A stretch of 62,945 nucleotides of DNA, the filler included, from Reticulomyxa filosa (taxonomy: Eukaryota; Protista; Foraminifera), in the NCBI GenBank assembly GCA_000512085.1. It is 18 parts of 18 records of this genome, joined end to end, with 100 filler letters (N's around TTAATTAATTAA, not from the genome) between each part and the next. Parts side by side here need not be neighbours in the genome. Positions count along the whole stretch, not along the records: positions 1 to 6,319 come from ASPP01043762.1; positions 6,420 to 7,505 come from ASPP01044452.1; positions 7,606 to 11,982 come from ASPP01026883.1; positions 12,083 to 14,703 come from ASPP01013543.1; 14 more parts are not named here. The stretch is one strand, 5' to 3'. Numbering within the stretch: the stretch's first letter is position 1; each line of letters starts with the position of its first letter. The translations under genes and the position numbers were made by a program. Shown one piece after another: positions 1-14,803 of the stretch. The notes beneath the pieces were generated by a model that had not been told where the DNA came from, searched no databases, and worked only from the letters and a program-made list of their open reading frames with translations.

Positions 1-3000
1 TTTGCAGAAAGTTATTGTTGATATCTTGCAACATTTCAACAATTGCTACAATATATCTTCCTGGTATGTCTGTTCGTGGAGTAGAATGATTTAGATACAT
101 ACGCTTATGATCTTGAGATAACATCGGAACTGTCATAGCGATTGACTCAATGTCCAGTTTTCGATCATTAAATCTATTCCATCCTTTAACAAATTGATGC
201 CAATGTTTTTCGAGTTTTGTATTGCTGCAATCATTGATAACACTGCTTACAGTCATCTCGTTATGCTGTTTCTGTGTCAATTTTCCAGAAAATTGAATAT
301 GACAATGTTTCATCCATTGGCCAATGTCAGGTAGGCACTTGATATATTCAAGATCATCAATTGATTTCAACAGATTAAAGAGCAATGGATATGCACTCAC
401 CAATTCTGGTTTGTTGTAAAATTTGTATAATAAATCAGTGGATGATACAAGACGAATCTCTAAAAACATTTGAGATATGGAACGATCAGATAAAGTATGT
501 TCCTCTTTGACCTCGTAATCGGTTATACTCAAAGTGGATTTTGTCTTTTGTGAAAAACGTGATGCTTTGTAATATTTGAAAAATTGGGAATACTTTTCAT
601 CAATTTTGCTTTCAAATTGATTAATGCTTTGCAAATTCACTTTGCTTAATTCATTGGGATATGTTTTATTGAACCATTGAGGAAATTCACACAGCCACTC
701 ATGCAAGGCCATACAAAGCTGTTCCTCGGTCATCTCCGTCATTTTGGATAACAATAAAAATGTCTCTTTCGCTTTTTTCCACACGCAAAATACACTTTCC
801 TGTGGTTCGCCTACATCTCTCAATAGCAGTGTCAAACAACTCAACAATTGTAACAATGTACAAATTAATGGAGACACTGTTGTGGCCTGCTGTGTATCTT
901 CTTTATTCTCACTATTGCTTTACATTCACACACAATTGTTTGTTTGTTTCAAATTACAAAAATACAAACAGAAAAAAAATCTCTTTGCTGTGTCCACATA
1001 CTCAATGACAGTTTGTGTGTTTGGTGTTGTATCCACTTTTTTAATTAATGCATTACACCAAGGATCTGGACATTTGATTTCTTTGTGATAGCTCTGACAT
1101 TTCTTTACAAAAAAGGAATGTCCATTTGAACAATAGCGAATTACAAAATCTATCTCTTGTGTTTTGTTTTCAGGCTGCTCACCTGGTTTGCGCTCTCTTT
1201 TAAATTTGTTGGAGTCAGTTAACAATACTTTGAATGGATTATCTGTAACAATCAATTCAAACATAGTGAATTCCAATTTTCCAAAAATAACAAAAAAATA
1301 ATAGATAAAGAACTTTTCGTAATTTGCAGAGTACCCAACCAATGAAAACAAAGACGAGCAATGGTTTCATCAGTTGCATCTTTAAAATTTGATGGATGAA
1401 ACATTGTTGTCTGTGAATTTGTTGACAGCAATTTATTTACAAATGACTGCTCCATTCTTGAACTTACGAAATTCAGATTTTGTAAAAATTTGGTAATCTC
1501 TATTTTTGTGCAAATAACATAAACATAGGTATATTACTTCTTGGATTATCCATCACATAGCTATATATGTGTGTTTATGTTATACGTAACTTTGCAATTT
1601 TTCGTTGTGAGAGACAGAGATTGATATGGAAAGTGCAGCGGTTAATAAAGGAGGAATATCTTGTTTGTCCTCTTTGTAACAATTGTAATCACCTGCTGTT
1701 AATTTCTCTTCGAAATAGTTGTACCTTTTTCGAAATGTTTCATTAAATGGCTGTGCGAACTGACCCTTGCTACGTTGCCATTGCAATTGAGAAAAGACAC
1801 TACTTAGTTCCTTGTGAGCAAAGATTGGGTGTCGCCTTCGAATCAATAGTTGTGTGAAAAAGTGTTTTGTCCAATTGACACCCTTCAACATATAGCATTC
1901 TCTTAAAAACCATTGATGTAAATGTTGTTCACATTCGTTCCAAGAATTATCAAACGTGGCTTGTTTGTTTCTGAAATATGATAAATCTTTACAAATGAAA
2001 TCGAATGTCAATCTCAATTCATCCATTTCTAATGCCTCTTCGATCATTATTGCATTTTCAAAAAACGAATATATGTTGTTCGTCAATTGAGCTCTTAATT
2101 TGGAAACTACTGCGACTTTTTGATTTGCATCATAACTATTCTGATCAAGTATTTTTTCTTCAAAGTCAGTGTCCAAAAATAGCTTTTCATAAACACGAAT
2201 TACATCAATAAAATTTTCAGAAGATTTTAAAATATGCAACCATTGATTTCGTACCAATACTTCCAAAAATTGAGACTTGAGTAAATGTTTCCACAAAGAT
2301 AACTCAACAAACTTTTGTGGTTCATCTAATAGTGTTTGGATGACACTTTGAAATGTTTTTTGGTTATCAGACTCCTCCATGTGTTCAATACTTTCAACAG
2401 CACGTAACAAATCACGAATGAAATATATCTTAGAATGAGGAAGAATGATATATTTGGCCGCAGATTCAATTATCTTAGGAATGACATTGACATCTTTTAA
2501 AAATCCCTCTTTTACGTCAAAATTATTCTCGTCATCTTCTGTGGTCGAGATTACGATACTTTTCACAAAATGTTTGGTGATTAAGGTCTTCATATGGAGT
2601 TGTCGGCATACCGACAAAAAGTCTTGATAGACTTGGAATTTAGTATATTGTTGTTGGCGCAGAAACTCGAGAATGGTTATTGTTGCGTGACATGCAATTG
2701 TCATTTTGGAAGCAAAGTCCTCCAACTCGCTTTCTGGAGGCTCGTGCGTTAAGAAATATTCGCATATGATAGACGTAACCTTGATCAATTGCTCCAAAGG
2801 CATTATCAGTTCATAATTCGACAATATTTCCTTGATGTTCGATATCATCACCACTGCATCTTTGAAGAGAAACACCAATTGCACATACTTGGTAATGACA
2901 TTCTCGAAATAATACAATATTGTTTCAATGGATGAGATATTCACAGGAATGCCTTACCAATAATTATTTGAACTATATACAATACAATGCCTTTGAGAAT

Positions 3001-6000
3001 TTCAGCTATTTGATCGCTGTCTTCCATTGAAAAATAAGCGTGAAACTTTCCACGGATCACATCCTTTACATAAAACCCACAGTTTTTAAAACTGCATCGA
3101 TTTAATAACAGAAAAACATTTCCATCATCTCCACTGAAATTACTTTTCAAGATAGCATCAGTTTTCAATACCTTATCATTAATGCCAATCGGCTCTACAT
3201 TCGCAATATCATCATTGAATTTCCTTGCAATGTTTTGAAGTTTTCAAGACACCACATGTGAAAATTCCAACTGAACGGGAAACATGCTTGATAACATACT
3301 TTTACTTTCCAAAGATGCAATTCTCGATCAGTTATCTCACCTTCATCAAACAATGGAACCAATACTTCACTTTTGGTACTTGCTATACAAATATCTATTA
3401 ATTGTTGACTTGAATCGACTTTATTTTTTATTACCGAAAATATTGCCTTTGTGTGTTTATTTTTTGCGTTTGTTCATTTTTTTACATATGTTCGTAATCA
3501 AAGAAACAAATAAAAACTTGGAGGTAGCAATTTTCATAAAGAGATAAAAGGACCCTGATCCATCCCAAGGTAATTAGATTATCTACAATAGTTTGATAGA
3601 TTTGAATAAAACTGGGCTGAGGTTCACTTTGCTCTGTTTTCACGGACTGCTCGGCTTTCTTTTTAATCTCGTCGATGACGTAATTAACAGGAGTGTTTTT
3701 TCCTAATACCAATTTCAATCTCCTGATCATCAGATCTTGAATCTCTTTGGGCAATAGATCAGCTTTCAATTCAAATGAAGACCTGAGAGAAGACGGGAAT
3801 TCCAAATAAAAAAAAGCATGTCGTATCAGTCTTTGCATCTAATTCAAACACAAATGCAAAAAAGAGTGACTCCGCACATATATGCATGAAAAGAAAAAAA
3901 AATACTTTCTCAAATGAGGGATACTGGCCAGCTACAACTATTGAATCTCTTGTGATCAAATTTTTCAAGTCCATTGGTAATTGACTGGTCAGAGAATCAA
4001 CAAAAGCAATTTTCCATTTCCTATTCAAATGATTTCCACAACAAAATGTTGATACCCTTTTTCTATTGTTTTGCAAAAAAAAAAAGAGTGTTTGCCTAAA
4101 CTGTGAAAAAATGATAGGAAATGGATTCTTTTGTCTCATAACGTTATGAACAATAAGAACAACCAATTTTTCATTAGTAGATTTCTCATTACCGGGTTTG
4201 TTGCAATACAAAGAATAGGCACTTTCGAGAATACATTTGATTTGAAAAAATTGCGTCAAATCCTTGCTCTTATGTTGATATTGCAAGATGAGTCCTTTTT
4301 TCTTGGAACTCTCAAAGAAGTCTGTCACATCTTTTTCGAGATGACTCACTTTCATATAGTTACTTATACGCTTACTACTCCATCTGCGTTGAAAGGAGCT
4401 ATATTCCAAATCGCATGTCAAAATTAACAACATTTCTTTATTGCAATTTTTCTTTGCGGCGTCCACGACTTGTTCCTGTTTGTTTATTTTATTTTATTTT
4501 GTGGATAGCTTAAGAATACTACAAACAGAAGACACTTAACAAATGTGTCAAAAGATTGATCCTTGTAGTCGACATTTCGAGGAGACGAACACATTGCCAA
4601 ACTGGCAATTTTGGCTGGATGGCGAAGTGGATAGAACAATGCCAGTAACTGTTCTGTTAATTGCTCTGTCTCGTCTTGTTTTTCATCACTTTGCGATTGA
4701 GCTTTGTGCAGTAGGAAATAGGAAATGGCCGAAGGAATTGTATCATCATTGAATCCGCAAAACAATTCGAGTAGCTCCATTTCTCCGGAGAGACCGTAGT
4801 AGTCGCACAAAGACTTTTTAAAAGCGCTTATTTTTTCAAAGTTGGACGGAGACAGTGACCCAGTATATGAAATGTATTGTCTCTCAAAACGTCCAAAAAA
4901 TGCTTTTTCCGTCTTCACAAAAAACAACAAGAACAAACAAATTAAGAATCAAATTAGACAAATTATCCAAAATATGGCGTAACTGAATGTTCCATGTCCT
5001 CTTTAAAGACAATGGCGACGCATTTGAATGTTTTTGCCACAACACAATCTCTGGTGTGATCTTCCACAGCCACGCGGCAAATTCGATTTTCTGAAGGAAG
5101 AAGAAGAAAGAGAATGAAGAAAGGGGAAATTACATCATTCACAAAAAAAAAACAAAAAAAAAAACGCACCTGGAGAATTGTCAAGATATCTTTGATTGAG
5201 CATGTCATAAAGACATTCATGAATCGACTTCAACTTGTACAAGATGACTTTTTTTCCAGCTTCCATACAATTAATGACTTTGTGCAAATGATCATAACTT
5301 GTCATAGTGGCTGTGTCCGCTGCAAACTTACTATCAAATAAAAATATTGCATCTTTACATGACAATAGATTGTGATCCAATAACAATTGCCAGGAATAGG
5401 GATTCTCACACACCAGCATACAATGTCTGCAATCTTCATCTTGAAGATTCATTTTCACACATTTCAAAGGTCCCCACTTACTCATTAATGCTGATACCTC
5501 TGTTGCACTTTTTCGTGACACACTTTCTAATATCTCTGCCACATATCTTTGAAATTGTGGATCTCTACAACCTCCCAAATTTCTCATTATACCTTGAAAA
5601 GATTCGCTGGGTACCGGATTGTGCATGTAATGGCGAATCAGGGCATAAAAATCTCGTCTCCCCAACCAATTTTCTTTTATTAAAGGCCATTTTTGTTGTG
5701 ATAGTTGGCTGTTCAATCTTATAAACAGGTCAATCAGCATGTCTACATCACATTGCCGTAAGTTTGTATGTCCGGTCTTGAAAATTGCTTCTCCAATGGC
5801 TTTAAGGTCATCATCGAGATTATTTGGAATTTGATGGACAATGACACGATTCATTTTCGCAGCATCCAAAGGCCAATTGGATAACCCCACAAATGAAATG
5901 TTTGGTTTTTCTAACAAGTGATGCAACACTTTCAAAGGAAAATGTTCGGAATGCTCTGCCAAGCCAATTTCATCCAACAATAACATGGGTTTGACGAGTC

Positions 6001-6230
6001 CGCCCTCCGAATGACGCATGGCTTGGTCCCATCTCTCTTGAATTCCAAGGGCTTTGCTGTTTTGTGTGCATTGAAAAGAACAACATGGAGGCCTTCAAAT
6101 CGATACTTTATGTTTATTTCCGAAAATTGTCAACTTCGGATTGACACATATTATCTTTGAGAATTTGAAGAGATAGTGTTTTCGATGTTCCAGGATCTCC
6201 AACTAGCACAACTGTAAATCCATTAACACA
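1..6230 (-). CDS. RNF213: RNF213/mysterin-like giant AAA+ ATPase / RZ-finger E3 protein (partial, multi-exon, some frameshifts)
   Basis: Walker A VVLVGDPGTSKTLSLQIL (~6165-6215). Walker B and following motifs LLLDEIGLAEHSEHFPLKVLHHLLE..FVGLSNWPLDAAKMNR, GRRDFYALI, LHKVINCMEAGKKVILYKLKSIHECLYDMLNQ, CRVAV and F.RFERQ match the RNF213 AAA core. RZ finger YCSNGHSFFVKKCQSYHKEIKCPDPWC at ~1055-1135. ORF pieces are collinear on the minus strand and separated by GT-AG introns. Confidence 0.85.
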
Positions 6231-6319
6231 CAAATTATATGCATATACATTATTTTTAATTAAAAAAAAAGACAAAATTGGAGTCGTTGTGACAATCAAA
6301 TAAACAATATAAATAATAT

Positions 6320-6419
6320 NNNNNNNNNNNNNNNNNNNNNNNNNNNNNNNNNNNNNNNNNNNNTTAATTAATTAANNNNNNNNNNNNNNNNNNNNNNNNN
6401 NNNNNNNNNNNNNNNNNNN
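6320..6419. other. Artificial contig linker N44-TTAATTAATTAA-N44. Also starts at 7506, 11983, 14704, 21930, 30990, 32706, 45049, 46149, 50809, 51969, 53262, 54384, 55897, 58275, 60143 and 61243.
   Basis: Identical 100-bp spacer with six-frame stops, repeated 17 times. Confidence 0.98.
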
Positions 6420-6757
6420 AAATTAATATATTTAAGGGACATACAAATCAGGTGTGGGCAGTTGAATATTTACCATTTGTGAACAATAACAATAATAATG
6501 GAGATGGAACATCAATTATTAATTCGAATATAATATGTTCTGGATCACATGATAATACAATTCGTTTTTGGGACATTCGAAACAATAAACAATTGCATGT
6601 GATCAAAGGAAATGAAAATGAAGATATTGAAATACGTTCTCTTACATTTTCACCATTGAAAAATAAAGGAAATGTAAGCAGAAAAACTGATGACAGTGTT
6701 TGTAATGTCAATTTGTGTTATGGTTCATATAAAGGTCCCATTCGTATTTGGGGATAA
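6420..6757 (+). CDS. WD40-repeat protein, C-terminal fragment
   Basis: [43 protein letters not shown]; paralogue of the 8872-9993 ORF. Confidence 0.85.
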
Positions 6758-7757
6758 CACAAAAAAACAGATACCTTGGAAAAATTAAAACATTCTTTTT
6801 TGATTTAGTTGAATGAAATATTACTCAGTTTCATTTCTTGATAGCCAACAACACTCGCTCTGATTGTTATAAAAAGTTGTTTAAATAAACAAAAAAAGCA
6901 GATAATGTTATAACGTTAGTTGCTGAGCATAAAATGTTTTCATTTTTTCAAGAAACTTTTATAGCTATATGATTATGTTAGTTGAATTAGTATTTCATGT
7001 GATTTGAAGAATGAGCAATGTTATATCTATGCTGCAAGCTTGTATTTGATATAAAAGTGTTTGAAAATGAATCATAAACAATTAAATTTTTTTCTTCCTT
7101 CAAATAATTAAAACCTTTTTAATAAAAACTTTTTACAATTTAACAAAACATCTTTACTATTTTTTTTTACAGTAATTATAGTTTCACATTGAAATGCAGT
7201 GTTTTTTTATCGTTTTATTTTCAACAAAGAAAAAAGTAAATTGATATTATCATTGCGACAGTGAAAAGTTAAATCATTTTTTTTATGTCTCGAAGTGTTG
7301 CCATCATAGAAAAACCAATAAAACTAAAAAAACTTTATATACCAGCTTAGATAACATAAATATGTCTCAATATTACATTGCTTGTCTCGTTTGTTCTACA
7401 AACAACTAGAAAGTATCATTATTCTAGCAACAAAAGATATTCAGTTTTTTCTTTCATGCAAATAATATGATAATGTGATAATATGATGACATGATAATAT
7501 GATCANNNNNNNNNNNNNNNNNNNNNNNNNNNNNNNNNNNNNNNNNNNNTTAATTAATTAANNNNNNNNNNNNNNNNNNNNNNNNNNNNNNNNNNNNNNN
7601 NNNNNTAAGCTCTTTTCAAAGTTTGTGTTAGAAAGTTAAAATGGTACAACTTTGATGAAAACCATGCTTTTTCAAAGTCCGTTCAATGAAAGAAGCCACT
7701 TTTGTCTTCAAAGAAATTGATCGTAAGAAAAAGAGAGAGAGAATCAATAATACATGA

Positions 7758-8112
<355 letters not shown>

Positions 8113-8871
8113 TTATGACTATCGTCATGTCTCATTCTCATTGTCATCATCGCCATAGTCAAATCCGATTTCATTTGTCATTGTATTTAGCATTTGATTA
8201 GTCAAAGCTAAAAGAGATAATATTGACCTGGTTTGATAGATCATCTGAGTGAAAGATATTAACTTTTAATTTTCGATTAAACGTAATACAAAATAAATTG
8301 ATGTGGTGATTGCAACAATATTTTGAATGGTTCTTTATTTTTGTACGTGTTAGTAATAACATTGTGCGTTTTTATCCTCGCTCTCTATTTTTGCAACCTA
8401 CGCAAGTGTTTTCTCGAACACAATTTCAGAGCCACACCGCAATTTATCTTAAAAATTGTTTGTAAATCAAAGAAAAAAAGCGTTTAAACAAAATATGTCA
8501 ACAAGTGAGTTGAATCCGATTTTATTTGCTTATTTTTAAACGTATCTTTTTTTTACTTGCTTTTGATTGAATAAATTAATAACGATGTAACAGTTACTTG
8601 CTTTCTATAGTGGTGTAGTCGAAAAGCAAACAATGAATTAAAATTTTGCATGCTTTCTTTGAATTTAAGCCGATAAACCCTAAGGTAAAAGAAGTGTTGT
8701 GATCACATAAAGGCAGTAATTAATTGAATCATGAACAGTCTTTTTTGGGTGATCAGATTTAACTGACAGCTTACAATTTTAAACTGATCTTATCTCACAC
8801 CGTTATAACAGACAATGGAAAATAACTGGTTGCTTTTTTAAACAGAAAAAAAAAACCAATGGGAAACATGA

Positions 8872-10829
8872 CTATCCCCAAATATTGATGGAGCCACAGA
8901 CTGAACCATAGCACAAGTTAAATGTATTATTATTCTTTAATGGCAAAAATTTAATACATGATATTCCACCGTCTTTTTTGTCACCTCCTTTGATTAGATA
9001 TAATTCTTTATTTGCTCTAACATCCCAAAAGCGAATTGTGTTATCTGATGACCCTGAACATATGAAATATTCATTATTAACCTTTTGATTATTCACAAAT
9101 GGTAAAAATTGAACACTTTTAATCCAATTAGTGTGTCCACCAAACTTATGAATCTGTTTTTTGGATCTAGTATCCCATAAACGAACAGTTTTATCATATG
9201 ATCCAGATAATATTATATTGCCTAATTGATATGGTGAATATTGTACACACCATATAATATCTTCATGTCCTTTTAAAATAATAACCTCTTTTTGAGATTT
9301 AATATCCCATACACGAATAGTGGAATCAAATGATCCAGAACAAAAACTATATCCACTGCCACCAATATTATTACTATGATTGTGTCGTAATGGTGAAAAA
9401 TCTACACACCAAACGCCATAGGAATGCCCACTAAATACATGTAATGTTTTTGATGATTCAATATCCCATAAACGGACAGTTGTATCTTTTGATGCAGAGC
9501 ACAAATATTTGCCTTCATTAAATGGTGAAAATTCAATACCACAAACACCACCACTATGTCCATTTAATATTTGAAATGCCTTATTATTATTACTGTCATT
9601 ACCATTATCATTATTCTTCTTCTTATCAATTTTCCAAAATTTAATAGTTTTATCATCTGATGAAGAACAAATGGCCTTATTATTATGATATTTTGAAAAT
9701 TTTACACCTATTACTTGATCTGAATGTTCATTAAAGCATTTTATTTGATTAGCAGTTTTTATATCCCATACACGAATTGTATTGTCATTTGATCCAGAAC
9801 AAAGTAATTGTTTGTTATAATCCAATGTTGCACAATCAATACCATTTACACAAAGTGTATGTCCAGTTAAATTCTTGATTGAATTTAATGATGAAAGTAA
9901 TACTTCGAGATTGGAAATTGTCGATATTTTTTCCTTATATATGTATATATTAATTTTATTAACAAGTATTTTCATAAATGTATGCACATGCATGTATGTC
10001 TATATGTTAAACCTGATGAACAAAATTGTTATTTAAATTTTCTTCACATTGTTTTTTTTGTAGTTCTAATTTTAATTTTTCATTTTCTGATTTTAATAAT
10101 TTTGTCTTTTCCTATTAATTTTTTAAATTATCTGTCAATTTTTAATCAAAGCTATAAATAAAAAAAAAAAAAAAAAGTAAAAAATTATTTAACTTGTTGT
10201 TGTTGTAAGATATGTCTCATTGATTCAAACTTCATCATCACTAAATCAAAATGATATTTCATTTTTGATATAAGATGATCTTCTAATTCATATCTTAAAC
10301 ATGAACAATTACATCCAAATGGTTGAAACCAACAATTTAATAATTTTAATGGACAATGAAAATTTAAATGATCAGCTAAATCTTTAATTTTTCCTTGAAA
10401 ATCACATGTCATAGTTGCATTCTCTGATATTTGTCCTTCTTCATTTTTTCCAAATATTTGTAAATCATGTTGAAATTGTCTTGAACATTTTACATCTAAA
10501 TCATTTATACGTTTTTGCGCTAATTTATTTTTACTATATTTACAATCACTATGATATTGAACTGGACAATTGTTATTATTACTATGAAGAAACTGTTTTA
10601 AACAATTCTCCCCGGCAAATAATGTTCCATACGTATCTCCATGTTGAGGACAATTTATCTCAACTGGACTATTAGCAACTTGTTTACAAACTACACAAAT
10701 AAAATGATTAATCTGCTCTGGTTGATTTAAATATAAAATCCAGTTCTTATCAAAGCATAATTGTTCTTCGAACGGAACTTGAGCAACTCCAATTTGATAT
10801 TCTTCTCTCATTTTCTCTTCATTGCTCAT
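8872..10829 (-). CDS. Zinc-finger (RING/TRAF-like) + coiled-coil + WD40 protein, multi-exon
   Basis: First exon 10185-10829 has CVVCKQV..CPQH..C..C and [28 protein letters not shown] (TRAF-type Zn finger). The last exon (within ORF 8872-9993) has about 7 WD repeats (GH..CSGS.D.TIR.WD). Confidence 0.8.
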
Positions 10830-11592
10830 GTTTGAAATTGTTCGTATTCACTTTTGAGGGAAGTTTGATTAGCAGGATTATTCTATTAAATTATCAAAGT
10901 TATTTTGATTTAATAGAAGGGTTTATTTTTCATACAAATTTATTGTTTATTAAGGTAAATTTAAATAAATATAAAAAAATTAACCAATTGAAGATACAAA
11001 TCCTTTTTTACTCTAATTTGATGTAAGAAATTTTATTATTGTTTTTACTCTAAACAAAAATAGAAAATAAAATAATATAACATCTTTCTCTTTTTTCATA
11101 TTCTAAATGGAAAAAAAAGGAGAAATTCTACTATTATGGATAAAAAGACTGTATTCTGCATCTGGTGACAAAACTTTTGTTTATGGGATTGAAACAGCTA
11201 TATTTAAGAATTAACATTTTGTGACAAATCAAATAAATTAGGGAGTAAAATAATTCAATGGGAAAAAAGGAAAACACATACTTATTTCCATTATTTAGTG
11301 GTCTTTAAAAATTTGATTAATTTAAAACAAAAGCAAAAGTTTTGTCATTAAAGTGTTTCAACTAGTCAATGCGTTGTTCACAAGTACAAAAGTAACTTAT
11401 GATTTAAAATTGTAACATATCCGTCACAAGATGAAATAAATTTCACATATTAATTTATATAGTAAAAATAACCAATTTCAAGAAAAAATATCCATGTAAA
11501 ATATTTTTTTATTTTCTCAAAAAGAGTCATGCTACGTCCCAATTTTCTAAAAAAACAATAAACTTAAAAAAAACTTTCTCAACATTAACAAC

Positions 11593-11982
11593 ATGGCCAA
11601 TCAAACTACAATACAAAACTCTCCTGAAAGAGAAACTGAACAAACTAAACAAAGTCAACAGCTTAATACCCACTTTCAAACTTTGAAAGAGTTGCCCACT
11701 CCACTAAGAGATTCTCAATGTGTGCTACACAAATACGAACTCCTCATTTGTGGAGGCTTTGGTCAAAACGCTTGTTATTCTTATCATATACCCAAAAACG
11801 AATACAAGTTTATCTGTGAGTATCCAAGTGATGTTGAATTATGGGGACACTGTGTAGTCAAACTGGTAGATAACAACAATAACAACAAACACAGAAATCA
11901 AATCACTTTGCTGTCTTTTGGTGGATATGGAAATAAACATACATTGGTGATGAAATATGTAAGTATTTGGAGTGATGACAAC
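11593..11982 (+). CDS. Kelch-repeat protein, 5' part (truncated by contig end)
   Basis: FQTLKELPTPLRDSQCVLHKYELLICGG..CYSYH..GHCVVKLVD..LLSFGG. Confidence 0.75.
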
Positions 11983-13456
11983 NNNNNNNNNNNNNNNNNN
12001 NNNNNNNNNNNNNNNNNNNNNNNNNNTTAATTAATTAANNNNNNNNNNNNNNNNNNNNNNNNNNNNNNNNNNNNNNNNNNNNTAGTGCCATTTAGGTATG
12101 TCGGTTTTTTTTGCAATCTACTGTATATTCATTTTATTAGTTTATTATAAATTTAATTTACATTAAATTTTTTATTTCATTTTTTTTCCATTTCAATAAA
12201 TATCATTCGATTAATGTAATCAATTTATTTTTTTCAATATTCATTTCATTTTCCATTTGTTGAATAATCAAATCAATTTTCAATTTAAATAAAAACCATA
12301 ATTAATTTCTATTTACTTTCATTTTGTATTAATTTCATTAGTTTTTAAAAAATATTTAAAAGACTTAAGTTCAATTTAACAAAGAAAATTACAGTATATA
12401 CTTTATGGTATTTCGCTTGTATCAGTATCTTGGTGATGTCAGATACTTTTGTCATAATCGATTACTTTTATTTAAATTTTTTTAAAAACAATGATTATAT
12501 AACAATAACAAAGATTGTTTGTGGAAAAAGGAATTTGATGTCATTACTAGTAATATAGTGAGTTTTGAAGAAACAATAAGTATAACTTTGATTGGAAAAT
12601 GAGTTGATTGATTTACTCGAATGTATTTGTATTTTGATGGAAGTGAATGAAATGGATTAGTTGTCTTTGGATATTGGTAATGTGATATAGACAATTTCAA
12701 TATATCAAAAAGATAATATGATTTATATATCTTTAATTAATTTACAAGTATCAATTGAAATCCGGTGATGAAAGCAGGTTCCAATGTTTGATCAATGCTC
12801 GATATCTCTGGAGCAAATGCAATCAATTTCAATTATTTCATGTAAAATATCCAATGTACTTGACGTCGATTGAAAAGTTATGATATAATAACATCTATCT
12901 TTATTCATAGCAAATTCCAAGTGCAAACCGTTGAATGATAGATCACTTATTTCATTCTTGTCTTTCCCTTTGAGATATAATTTAACAACAATGAGGACAT
13001 TTCAACATGCATTTGATGATTGCAGCATTTGATTTGGTTTTTGATAAGTAAGTAGAAAATGCTGCAATTTCATCTTGGCAATGCTTTTTTTCATATATTT
13101 TCATTTAAAAAATTTAAATAATTGCGAAGCTTTTAACATTTTATATGCTTTTCTTTTCATTGACATATTTATTGGTTAATTATAATTGCCCATATTGTCC
13201 TTTCTCCGAGACGATATTTTTATATCATTCATCATTTTTTAAAAAGCTAAACTACTTCATGAGTAATCGAAACACAACACAAGAATCTTCTGAAAGACAA
13301 ACTGAACAAAACCAAAAACCTTATTAATCTTGAAAAAATCCGATTAAAGTTAAACAAGTGTTTAAAAATTGTTATCAAATTTTGTAAAATACAATACATT
13401 TGAAATCTAAAATGCAATAACTATTTAAAAAAAAAAATCAAAAAAGAGTTTTGTGA

Positions 13457-14671
13457 ATGAACCTGAAAAAAAGTCTTCAGATAAGCATTGATAAAAAAAA
13501 GAAAAAGATGAGCTCCTTTACACAACTTTTTCAAATGTACAAGCAAATCTTGCATCAACTAAACAAAGCGCAAAACCTACAAGAGTTGACAAGATTTATT
13601 GTGCTTTTTGATTTGGAAGAACTGAAAGAAATTATCAGAAACAAGTTGAACGTAGAAATAGAAAAGGGCCAGACGAGCGAACGCAATATCGATTTTTTTT
13701 CAGTACAAAATAAGATCCGTCACACATATTTGTGTACAATCTCATTTGATCAAATTTTACCAACGACCGTGCTATCACACATTCTTTCTTTTTTGGATCG
13801 TTGCTCTTTTGCTGATTTACCTATTCTGTCGAGATCATTTTGGCGTACATTTTCTTTAAACACTATCTTATTTAAAAAGGTAAAAAAAAAAAAAAAAAAA
13901 TAAATTTAAAAATTCTTTTTTAAACAAAAAAAGATAAAATTAAAAAAAATAGTATACGCTGAAATTCTTTGATTTTGGAGTAAAATCAAATGACATTGGA
14001 ATTGAAAAAAATAAAAAAAAAATTTATTCATCAAAGCAAATCAGAGAGATTATGTGTCAGACATTATTTAAGACAGGTATTGATTGGAATTCGACTTCCA
14101 AAAGCATTGAATGAAAGTATTGATGATAAATCAGATGAAAATGTGAATACAGTGGATCGATTGGGCAAATTTCCTTGGAATGGAATTCGCAAATGGTATG
14201 TGAATGGTATTCAATTCCAGATATTGTACTCATACGCTGCACAAAGGCCAGTGTCACTTTATCGATCTATATTTGACATCAGTTCGGATAGTGATTGGAG
14301 GAGATGTGTGTTGAATTGGAAAAAGTTTATTGAGAATGAAAAAGATTTGATTGAGAGATGGAACTTATTGGATTACAATGATATGATGGGAGCAAACCAT
14401 GGATGTATTTGCTATTCGTTATCTTTATCTGCTAAAGATTTACAATTTAAAGAAACGTCATATTCCACACAACGTTGTCAAATGAGATCGATTGATAGTG
14501 AATACTATTTTTCGAATAACGTCTGGATTAATGCAAAAAAGATCTGCAGCTATACCTCTGATCGTTCAATTTTTTGCATCCAAAACGAGTACTTGGACGA
14601 ACAGAGTATGCTGTCATCTTATTGTTTGAATGAATGCTCACCTTTCCAAAACAGTTTTCTATACAACAATT

Positions 14672-14703
<32 letters not shown>
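13457..14703 (+). CDS. F-box-like domain protein (multi-exon, partial)
   Basis: FDQILPTTVLSHILSFLDRCSFADLPILSRSFW F-box pattern; continues in ORF 13990-14703 after an A-rich intron. Confidence 0.55.
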
Positions 14704-14803
14704 NNNNNNNNNNNNNNNNNNNNNNNNNNNNNNNNNNNNNNNNNNNNTTAATTAATTAANNNNNNNNNNNNNNNNNNNNNNNNNNNNNNNNNNNNNNNNN
14801 NNN

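Noticed and set aside
7462-7505. ATAATATGAT-like 10-mer tandem repeat
   Set aside because: Short, low-complexity and at a contig edge; no spacer structure
13259-13327. Short ORF resembling the kelch-family N-terminus (MSNRNTTQESSERQTEQ)
   Set aside because: Stops after 22 codons; an orphan remnant with no supportable gene
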